A DNA stretch of 64,000 nucleotides from Klebsormidium nitens (Eukaryota > Plantae > Klebsormidiophyceae). Under the pieces are notes generated by a model. That model worked only from the letters and a program-made list of their open reading frames with translations, was not told the origin of the DNA and did not search any database. The translations under genes were made by a program, and so were the position numbers. The DNA lies in assembly GCA_000708835.1 (NCBI GenBank), contig DF237072.1, forward strand, positions 121,779 to 185,778, read 5' to 3'. This document shows positions 11,991-23,200 of this stretch, piece by piece (the first letter of the stretch is position 1; every line of letters starts with the position of its first letter).

Positions 11991-14900
11991 ATGACCTACC
12001 CCCAACTTACGCGCCCGGAAAAGGTTTCCCGAGGCACGCACCGCTCGCTCGCCCGCGCCGCCCTTGCCGCCCTCGTGCTGATGTTGTCTTTAGTGGGGAC
12101 GGCGGCCCGGGGGATCCCCCTGTCCGCTGACGTCACACTTGCGCCCGCGCAAACAACAGAAGGGATCGAGGAGGCGGTCATCCGTGTTGCCCGTTCCGAC
12201 CCAGGCTGGACCCAGGAAGATGACGTTGCGGCTGACGTCATCGTGCCGTTCGTTGGTGTGAACGCCAACATGATGAACGACCGGAGGCGCACGGAGTGGC
12301 CGGTGCAGAGCTATGGGGCGGCGCTGCGGGTGGGTCACCACTAACCGAAGATGGTTATCGGCCAAACCCGGCAAGTTGTAAAGGAACTCCAATGAAAGTC
12401 AACGACTCAAAAGTGTCCAAAGGAGCGAGTTCCTTACCTGTGGAGAAAATCCAACTCCATATAGTAGTGGGAAAACGAGTCAGAAAAAGACCCGGCCGTA
12501 AAGACACGAACGTCCAAAAAGTGATGGCCGTTGGATAGCTGCTAGACCGTGCTCGACGGATTCACGACTGACAGATTTTGCAAGTCTTGAAGATGCTAGG
12601 TCGACAGCTCAAGTCCATGCATAGATTTTGGAAGATTCTGACGTGCAAAACGCCGTTTGGACTCAGTAACTTCTTTTCGTGAACGGTAGATTTAGCAACA
12701 GTTTCAGTCCTCCTTTGTCGCCTGAGAGACCGCTCGAGATCAGACCCTTGGAGAGCAGGGAAAGCCAGATCTCGACAATCGTTACGCTTTTCATTGTAAT
12801 CCAGATAACAACATTACCCCCCCCCCCCAATCTTTCAGGAGCTCGGAGCTGGCATCGTTCGCTACCCGGGGGGTGACATGGCGGACTCGTACATGTGGTC
12901 GGTACCCCCCTTCGCAAAATCCGATCCTAGGATGGCACGAGTCGGGCCTGAGGAAGTTCCGTGCTGGGGTAACCTTCGCTTCCTCTTTCCTGCTAAGTGT
13001 TTTTGTCCCTGCTAGATGTTTTCTGTCAGCAGCAAGCACTCTCCTCTTCGCTGGATTTTGTAGGACCGTTCTTTGTTTCAAGATCGCACTGAAAGTGGCT
13101 CAAGAGAGCGCTGCTCAACAGAGTGCTTCCAGAGCGCAAATGTTTTGTCCCATTGCACACACTCTTTTGAGGTGCGCCCCTTCGAGCATCAATGACTCGT
13201 TACTTTCGCTCAATCTGCGCAAATCGGAATACGTGAGGCGCGTCTCAAAACGATCGGGCTCCAATGAAGCATTTGCGCCCGCCTAATCTCTGCTCGGACT
13301 CCTCCTTACCCCGCTCTTTGAATCTCCAGATGACCCAACCGAAGGCAACATGTCATACACTTGGCTCGGCTGCGACCCGCGCCAAATCGACTTCCCCCTC
13401 GAGTTACACCCCCAAACCCTTGGTTTTGACGACTTCATGACGTCAGCAAGCCAGGCGGGTTCCGCTGTTAACCTGGTGGTTCCGCTGGACGGAGCGTCGG
13501 AGTTCAACGACGACGACCACGTTCGGACGCGGAGCGTCGGAGCGGCGGAGCTTTTGGAGACGTCGGTAGCATGGGTGAGTGGTTTGGATTAACTCAACTC
13601 CTACTCATCGGCTCAACTTTGATTATTGAAAAGCTTTTCGAACAGAAACGAAGTGGAAGCCCGCGAAGCACAGACGAAGTTGGATGAGGCAGTAACCCTC
13701 AAAAGTGGCTAAACGCGATCCTCCCTTCTGAACCCGAAAGAAGCTTCTCCAAGTCTGGGAACAGAACACAAGGCTCAACGCTGCACTTTTGCACGGCAGA
13801 TTCTCTCAGCGCTGCAGATTTGCGCTGCAAATTTGCTCAGGGCTCGAAACACTGTGCATTCCACTTTCGCCCATCAAACGAAAAGCTCAGTGGTATTTCG
13901 TGGTTCGGCCGTCTCTTTCAAGGCGTCGGTTTCGCACTTTCTGCTTTCCTTCGTGCTGACCGGTACGTACCGTCTCTGCCACCAGGTCACCTACTGCAAA
14001 GACAAATACAACGTCACCCTGTGGGAGGTTGGGAACCAGCCAAACGAGCGGCTTTCGAGCGGCGACTTCGCTCACTGGCTTTTCCGGTATAGTGTCGCCA
14101 TGAAGGCTGTTAACCCGGGCATCAAGATCGGGGTTTCGGGCGACGATCCGGAATGGCTGGACGACGTACTGAACCGAGTGGGCGCCCACGTCGACTGGAT
14201 CAGCGTCAGTGCGTCGCCCTTGAGAGGTGCGTTTGACTGTTTTAGCACAGGAACCTTTTGTCATTAACCAGGATTGGTTCAAGGGCCTCGAACCGGACAT
14301 TTTGAACGTTTTCCTGGTAGCTACATGGGGGAAACTTACCAAACCCCAAATCCAGCTTGGTTGGTGCTGACTCTCTTCCTGTGCAGCCCTGACTTTCGAT
14401 GATCAAGTGTGCACGTTTCGAGGAGTTTCAATCTCTTTATGTTTACGATAACGGGGACGGTAAAGGTGCTGCTTAAGGAATGCATGCGGTGAGGCGTAGG
14501 TTCGAATCTCGGGGGAAGTATACTGGATTCGAAGTACAGAAATCGGCTGGGAAAGGTTTGAAAGCAGATGGGGAAGAGGATTCAACTATCACGCATGAGC
14601 TGACCGACAAGCGATCAGAAGGCTTCGTAGATCCAAAGCTACAATCCCGAACAGAAGAAAACCCAAAAAACGCTTCAAATGCTGAGACTTTGCAGAGCAA
14701 GATCTTTCTAGGTAGGCCTCGCTGCTGGTATGAGTGTAGTACAGTCATGGCGATCTAGTTTGTAGTGCTCACTTGCAACGGCGCTGGGGACGATCCTAGT
14801 CCGTAGCCTCAGCCCATGAAAAACCCATCTCGAAAACCCCTGCCCACTCATTAAAGAGGTTCCGCAAGACCTTTTTTCTGCAGACTTCCTCAGCTATGCA

Positions 14901-17204
14901 GACTACCTCGCATCGTCGAACCAAGCGCCGCCGCCGTTCGAGGCACTACGTCAGGTCCTACGCAAACATTCGTAAGCCGTTCTAACTTTCAGGCCAAAAG
15001 GACCTTAGTCCGCCCTATAAATATGCCCTATAAATATGCCCTATAAATATGCCCCGTCCAATCTGCTATCTCAGACGGTGAAATTCGACTCTGGAAGCAT
15101 ACCCGCTTCGCTGGTCAATTGAGCAATCGCTTCATCCCAATGTCGCTTGCTGAAAACGCTGTTTGCTGGCTTAAATTCCAAGAAACGTGAAGTTGAGAGC
15201 GGAATGTATTCGGATGCCGTCTCTCGTTCGTCCGTTTGGCGCATATGTCGTGCGCAGAACATTTCTTACAAGCGGGATAAAGCCGTTGAGTCCTCCGTTT
15301 TGATCGAGCGGACTATTCAAAATGGAGTTTTGGGCTGGCAAGAGCCTCTACTCTTGAAATGTGGCACATAATCGCCTCTCACAGAGAAAAAACTAAGTCG
15401 CGCTCCGGAACCGATAGATACCGGACCGTTCAACGGGCGTGATTCCGGCTCAGTTTGAAACCGAAAAGCTTGCAAGTCGCACAAGTTCAAGGATAGACTT
15501 CCGGAGAAGTTTCACTAGAGCGACGTCATGCTCCAGCTCGCACAAGGCTAGCAAGGAGCGTACAGAAAGCATCCATCGCTCGCAGAACATCTCGAAATCT
15601 CTTCAAACCCTGCACCCTCAAATAAAATGTCGTCATATCTCTCCAGCGCCGACCGTGGCGTGCCGCTCTGGTTCGCTGTGACGTCACTCTCCGCGGCCGG
15701 AGACACGTGGGCGGACGCCGACCCCGTCCGGCGCGCGCTCGCGTTTTCGGACGAGCTCCTGCGCCACGCGGCCACGCCGGGCGTTCGATTCTTACAAGTA
15801 TGTACCTTGACCGTGAAGTACGGAGTTTTTTCTGTAATCAGTCACCGGTGCCTTACGTCTGACAGCTCATTGCTGAGGCCTTTCTAACAAGCCCGTTGCC
15901 ATCTCGGCTTCAGCCCCGCAACTCTCGCGCGCGTGAGCGCGACGTTAGGATCCTTTTGACCGTAGAGGTGAAGAGAGACTCTGCAGAATTCAATTTGACA
16001 CAATCTTTTCCCCTAAGAGGAAGGTTAATAATTAAGTAGCATTCCCTGAGTACCAAATAATCGGATCGTAACCCAAGAAATGCGCGCGCGCGCCCTTTCC
16101 TTGCAGTTCTCCATGACCAAATGGTTCAACGACAACGACCCGCTGAGCTCCGCCTTCGCGGCGACCAACGCGCTCACGCTGGTGGGCGAAGCGGTCGCCC
16201 TTGTTTCGAACGCGCTTTCCGCTTCCGGTGGGGTGAAGCTCCGCGCTACCACCTCCGTTCCGCTACTCAGCGCGTACTTCGCAATCGACCGGTGAGCTAT
16301 TACTCTGATTCTGCTGAAGTCAAGGGGATATTTTCCAGAGGGTTTGTAACGCACGACCTTAACGGGTGCATGATAAGAACATCGCAAGTCCAATTGAATT
16401 GCGAAGTAGCTGCCCATTTCAGTCGCACTTTCTGATCTGGAGCGACTGTAACGACTTTCATCGTTCTCGGCACGCACTTACCGTTTAGCTTGGTCTGGCG
16501 ATCATCAAAGGTACCAGATTTCTTCGTTCTTTCATGACCACTGGAAATGGTACCGCCGTACGATTCGACTTCGTGCCCTCTTTGGGGTCCACTGTCGCTC
16601 ACTGTACTTGCTTAGAAAGACCCAGTATTTCCTTTCTTTTGTTAAACCAAATAATTCTGCCGGATCTTGTTACGTCCCATCTATACGTTGCAAACAAATC
16701 TCTTTCTGTCGGTACAAAGCGTTTCCTTTCTCTCCGCAGCGTACGGGATCCGTCAATCTGAAGAGTACATTCTAGACGAGAACTACGACGAGAAGTGATA
16801 CACCTCTCCAATGTTTTTGTTTGTCCTTTCAACTCTAAACAGTCAGTCCATCGCATCATACGCTTTACCATCCCACTCAATCCGGTAATGTACCTTCCAG
16901 GACCAAAAAAGAAGCGTCCGTCGTTCTTGTCAACCACGGTGGGAGGACGCGTGTCAAGCTGCAGCTGAACGACATCTTTACAACCGCAGAAGGAGAGTTG
17001 CCGGGAAAATTTGGATGGGAGGCCTCGTCATTCGCACTGCGTCCCGCCAAAAGCGCAGACGGCGCCTTGGAAAGGTGGCAGAGACCGCTCGTACAGGGCC
17101 TCGATGTGGACGCCGCAATCGGAGCCGTACACGTGGAAGTCCCGGAGACGTCTTTGGTGTCCGTAAGGATCACGAAGACGATACGTGGCAGAGCTGATGA
17201 ATTG
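11991..17204 (+). CDS. Module 1: signal peptide + clan-A GH (GH51/GH39-like) TIM barrel + C-terminal beta-sandwich
   Basis: Hydrophobic AALAALVLMLSLVGTAA after basic residues. Motifs IVRYPGGDMADSYMW, LGFDDFM, VTLWEVGNQP, AMKAVNPGIKIG, DWISV and SVVLVN...VPETSLVSVRI. Confidence 0.8.
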
Positions 17205-20200
17205 GTGAGGGCTGACGCTTTTCTGAACTTGGTTGAACACCGCAAGCCTTGAGCCGGGGCTGAAGGGTTAAGTCTGGACAGGGATCAGTAGTGCTTCAAA
17301 GCAGTGGTTTGCGAAAGACAAGAAGTGTTCAGACGCTATAGAAGCTCGAAATCTTCCGTGCCTTTGTGATGGATGGAAAATCTCCACCGGTTTCAGCATG
17401 ATGAATGTGATGCATCAAGTCCTTGTCTTTCTTGTACAGAGACCGGAGAACGACACCCTCCAGCAGTTCAGAGCTTTGAATCTTTCCCGTGCTCCTGTTC
17501 GAAGCTGAAAAAATGGGAGATAATTCAGTTCAATAACACTAACGCAATCCTTGTCGGTTTCTACAGACCGGCAGAACAACCCCCTCCGTCGCGCCTCCTC
17601 GCGGCCGCTACCTTGTCCTCACCGACAACCTGGCGAGCCCATTCACACCGTACATCCTCCGCATCCAGGACCTGATGCGCTCGCTGACAGCACCGGGGCA
17701 CGAGGTGAGAAAACGCTATTTGGCAATACTGTTACTAACATGTGCCTTTTCACACCGTACATCTTCAGGGTCTGTTGCTCTTTCACTTACACGCCCCGTA
17801 AGTAGAGGGCCTCGATCCTGCTTGAGAGATTCCTCGACTTCGGAGGTTCTCTGCTTGAGGTCCCTTTAATACTTTCAAGTGGTGGGAGAAGTCGTTCTCT
17901 TGTTTCTGGCGCGTTACAATTTGAAGGGAAAGTGCATGTTTAGTAACAAAACCCAGAACTGAGGAACCAGGACACAGCAGAGAATCCTTGTTTGCGAAGG
18001 AGTAGAAGCGTCAGAGACTCGAGTTTCCGTCCTCAGGTTGTTCACTTCCTGGAAACAAGCGATGACGTCAAGTGCCCCGACGCGACACGTCAGCAGCATC
18101 TGGAAGAGACCGGGGCGCTGTGGATGTGCGGCGGCGCGCCGCGGCTCTTCCAGCTGCTGCAGCAGCGCGAGCACGCGCGCGCGGGCTTTGACGCCGTCAT
18201 CATGATGGTGAGCTTGTCCCCTGCTGGCGGCCCCATCAAAACGGAACACTCGAGAGAAAGCGGAACCGGAAACCATTCATAAGCCAAAGTAGTGATGGTT
18301 TATTCCATATGGCTCCATATAAACCAGGTTGTAGTGCCCACCGCAAGTTCAGCCCAGGTGACCAGGTTGCTGAAACGTCCGGATCCGCGACGTCGGGAAT
18401 ACGTTTTTGTTGGAGATTGACAGTACGTAAAATCCTGTCAACCTAAATGCAGATCGCACCCATTCCGGTGTCCACTAACGTGTCAATCTATAGCCAATTC
18501 GCAACTTTCTTTACTGCGCCGTAGCTTGGCCAGAGTGAATGATGACGTGTCTCTAACGACTGATCCACGTTTGAGTAGGGCAGGCACTGGCCATAACGGC
18601 CGCATTGTAAAATGCGCTTCAGCACTCACATTAATTTTGCCGGCATTTCATTCAGCGTTTGGGCGTCCGCTGTACCTTATGACTCAAATAAGTGGCTTCA
18701 CGAAGTGAGGCTTCACACTAAGTTCTCCTGCAATCAAACTAACCTAGATGCTATCCAATGTGCCTAACGTAAACCCAAAATCTTGAAGCAAAGAGAAAAG
18801 AGCCGAATCCGTCATGGCGGAAAGGGAAGGATGAAATGATAAAGCTATCGAGCCCCCAAAAGTACATGCACTGCAAACACAAAGAAAAATTCCTCCCATT
18901 CTTGTTTCACAGCCCTGGTATTGGTTCTCACCCAACCTCTTCGAGCGCCACGTGGACACCATCGCGCAAACCGCGCCCCAAACCGCGCTCGTCGTCCTGA
19001 CCGACGACGCGCACGGCGCACGCGCTGCGCGCCTCTCTGCCGACTTCCAAAAGTATCCCCACCTGCCCTTCTCCCCGGACCCCGACGTCGCGGCGCGCGA
19101 GGCGCGCACGTACGCGCGCGCAGACGTCGTGGTCACCGTCAGCGAGGAGGACGCGCAGCTGGTCTGCGCGCACGTGCGTACGCGCGCGCAGTGCTTTGCG
19201 TGGACGTGGAGCACCAACACGACGCGCGCGCGCGTACCCGCGGCCGCGGAGTTGCCAGGGTTTGGGGCGCGGCGCGGGATGGCGCTCATGGGCGACTTCC
19301 ACAACCCGACGACTGCGACCGCGCTTCAGGTGTGTGTTGCAAATGACGAAGCTTCAATTCTTCAAAAGCAGGCTTTTGCCGAGTAATCTGACCAGCCTCG
19401 GACGGGTGGGGTTAGTTTTGAGGTTTTGGGGTGGGTGCGGGTGCAAAGCAGGTGATTTGTGAACAGGGTCTAGAGCACATTTCTGTTGAAATGAAGAAAC
19501 AGGCTCATCCAGGCGACCAAGAAACCGAGGATGCGCTTCGTTGGTCGCTTAGAAAGCCTGTTGCTCAAAATGCGGAGACCCTGGCGGAACTTTCGCTGGC
19601 CGTTCACTTAAACACACGAGTTGCAGCTGCCACGTGTACGATCTGACGCTCCAGACTGAGTCTCAGGCTTGCTCTTACTGCAGTGGTTCATCTGGAACGT
19701 CCTTCCCGCGCTCCAAGAGCACTTCGACGCAAAGAACGAGCGCGTTCCGCTCACGCTTGTTGGCAGCGGATTCCGGTCGGCTGTCTTCACTCCGTTGCTG
19801 GCTCAGCTTGAACAGGTGAGCGGCAGCAGGTATTCAGACGTATGAGAATAAATTGGCACAGTGAGGATGTTTTCGACGTTCTTTTTGTTGAAAATGCAAC
19901 CCGAGGGAAATGATTTCACATTACCTTTTCGGCGTCAGCGGGTTGTCTGTTGGATCGTATGTATCACGTTGCGACTTAACTTTGTAATAGGGAGAAAATA
20001 ATGAAATTATATCATGGCCGCGCAGAATCTTTGTTGAAAGGGTGCGAGACAAGCCGCTCTTCGTTTGATTTCCTAGTTAAGAAGCCAAGCGAGGGTTGAA
20101 GCCTTCTCATACATAACGAAGACTGACCTCAACTCGATCAACTCTAGTCAAACCCCGTCTAGCGCATATCTAGAGTCGCCCTGAGATCACTAACTTTAGG

Positions 20201-23200
20201 TGACTTGGCCTTCACGAATCTGAAATTCGAAGCCGTAATTCCTTTACAGGCAATCAAGCTGAGCCGCGGCATCGGCCCCCTCGAACTCCAGATCTCTCCG
20301 GAGGGCCCGGAAGCCGTCGCGCTTCTCCAAACGCAGCGCGTAATGCTCGCGCCAGTTCAGGCCGGTACAGGTGTCAATACCAAAGCGTTTTTTGGGTTAA
20401 GCATCGGCCTCCCGGTCGTCTCAACCCGGGCTGCTCTCGGCGGGTATTTCCCGCGAAAAGCGACCGGGGATGGTGGGTGGGAGGTGGTGCCTGAAAGGGA
20501 GTTCTGCGGGAAGAGGATGACGCCGGATGACGTGTTCTTCGTGGGGGCGACGGCGGACGAGTATACGAGGTCACTGATTGAAGCCTACACAAACGAGACG
20601 GTGAGGAACTCAAGTGCACAAAACAGGCCTAGCTTACAGATGGACTAGAGATTTGTGAGAGTAAAAGAATCCTTATGCTGACGTCTCGCTTGTCAGACAG
20701 CTATCCAAAGATGACGTTTTGGTGGGCTCGATTGATTCCCACGAGTTTCTCATGAGAAGTTTCTGCAGATTCTCTCTCTGTCCTATGAGATCTTGAACTT
20801 CTGTCAAGCGCGTGACCAAGAAACATTACTTTAACGCAGTATTGCTTCCGACCTTCTGTAGAGAGAAAGTATTTTGTTCGTAAACTTAGCGGCGTTGAAA
20901 GATCTGAGTGGCCCATGCCAAATCAGTCTAGAAAGTTGACATCTGTTCCAAAATTCTCACGCGAAGTTACTTTGAGTCCCTCTCTTTTCGCACATGCTTA
21001 CCTTGTTGATACGCGCGCTTGATCCAGATGTGCACATCCGATAGTATCTGAGAACACCTCTTCGCAATCTGACCAGCAACCGGTTTTATGCTGAGTTCAC
21101 TTAATTCGAGATGGTCTGAGGCAGACTTGGCAGCTTCGCTGACTTTTGTTTCCGCAACACCTCCACTTCCATGGATGAGACCATCGATCCTTTCCATTCC
21201 TCTCCTCAGGCCTGGACGGATCGTCTGGAAGCATCCCTTGAAGTCGCTTCCTGCCTTATGAACGCCGACGCCCAAGCATCAATCGCGCAGAGACTCACAG
21301 CCGCAGTCGCAAGCGCGCGCGCGAACCTCCAAACTGTAAACCCTACGGGCAACCAGCCGCGCCGAGCGATGCTCCAAAAAGCGCCTGAGATCAAACCCCT
21401 ATCCACCAAAGTTCCGCCGTCCGGTGCTTTAGAATGCAGAAACGGGATGAGAACGCCACGTGGCAGGCTCTCGGATTTCAGCCCGCCAGGCTGGTTCATC
21501 TGGCCGGCCGCGGCCGCGGCGTTCCTGCTGCGCGTCGCCTTGTTCGTCGCCCTAAACCCCGCTGAAACCCTGCAAAGAATCCCGTCTCCTCGAAAGCGGC
21601 TTGAGCCGTCCGCGAGCGCGCGCTCGCATCTTCTGATGGGCGCAAAGAAGCTTTGGTTGGGAATCCTGTTCAAGAACCGGTGGGGCAGTTTCAAGGGCGG
21701 TTTTTCCGTACGGACCTTTCTTCTCGTGGGGCTTATTTACACCGGGTTGGCTTTGATCTTTGCCGGCGGCGCGCACCTTACTTCCTCCCCGGTCGTTAAC
21801 CCGTTTTCCGGCGCCGTTAACCCCTTTTCTGGGCCCGTTGACTACTTCAACCCGAGGGTCGCGGCCGCGAAGGCCGACGCGCTCGCGCACTTGGTCGCGC
21901 CGCCCGTCGATGTGGACTGCTCCTGCGACGGGTTCGATTATTTCCTGGTGATCGGCGTTGCGTCCGCCGCGCACGCGGCCGCCGAGCGCCAGAACGCGCG
22001 CGACACGTGGGCGCGCTTCGGCGAGCTCGTGCCGCGGTGCCCAGTCATGGTGCGCTTCATCGTGGGGCGACACAAGAACGGCACCGTCATGGAGATGGTC
22101 GCCCGCGAAATGGAGGAGTACGGAGATATCGTTCAGGTACGTTCAGAAAGGCACGTCTGTGGGTTCTCTATCTGATCCTTCCACGGAGATTCGTGGATTT
22201 TGAGGGGCTTTCGTCAACTGCTCAGATTTCTTATTTGATCTGCTGTTGTTGAGGAAGTTTCTCGTGCCGGTAGCTCGCGAGCTTTTTGGAAACCGTGACT
22301 GATCGACGTCGTACAAATCACCCCGCAGCTAATCCCTGCATCCCATTCGTGTACCACGTCGAAACACCTTGACTTAGAATGATTTGCCAAAGAGCTCTTC
22401 AGCCAATCCCAAATCTCAGCGGAGGTGGTTAAATCTTGGCTCGTTTTGACATCTTGCTTCCCAGCTATGTGAGTCGTTTCGACATCTAGCTTCCCAGCTA
22501 TTTGAGTCGATTAGAAGAGTGTCGTCTCGCAACGAACAAACGAAGTAGAGTTACTTGCGTAAAAGTGCTGACTCGGACGCATAAGCCGGTCTGCAACTCC
22601 AATTGACAAGCTGCACGGGATTAGCCGCAATCGATAACAAACAGGAAACGCAGAGCAAATGTGTTTCCAAGAACCCGGCCCAAATGATTGTGTCATGTCT
22701 ACAGGATCTGGCCATCGAAGAGAGTTACGATGCGCTCAGCCGAAAGACGGCGGCCTTCCACCGCTGGGCCGCGGAGAACGTCAGCTTCAAGTTCGCATTT
22801 AAGACGGATGACGACATCTTTGTACGCGTGGACCGCCTCGTTTCGGCGCTCTACCAGGCAAGTCTCCGTCAAGGCTTCCACGTTGAGGTGTTTCGTGGTT
22901 CAATGGAATCTGCAGAAACTACATGTGGGCTTACGATCCAAATTTCGAGCCGGAAGGCTTTTTCTGTGGGGTTATACGGTCTTGTTTCCGCAATTCAAAA
23001 GTCTCGCCCAGAATTTTCGCGCGAAACGATTGAGCGAACGTTAGCCACCGCTGCAAAGATGCTATGAAAGTAGCGTCGTCTTGTAAGCGTCGAAAGCCTG
23101 GGGTCACGTGGGTCGCACCGCATAGAGCCATTCTGATATCTGACGCTCAACTGGTCATGAGGCTTCACGAGTGAAACCACGGCTGTTTGCTTTCCGGAAG

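Noticed and set aside
14455-14520. tRNA-like GGTAAAGG...GGTTCGAATC
   Set aside because: The T-stem and acceptor stem do not pair and no cloverleaf forms. It lies in an intron.
14480-14758. Charged ORF within intron 4 as a possible extra exon
   Set aside because: Flanking exons already join in phase and give a coherent GH sequence. No convincing splice pair.
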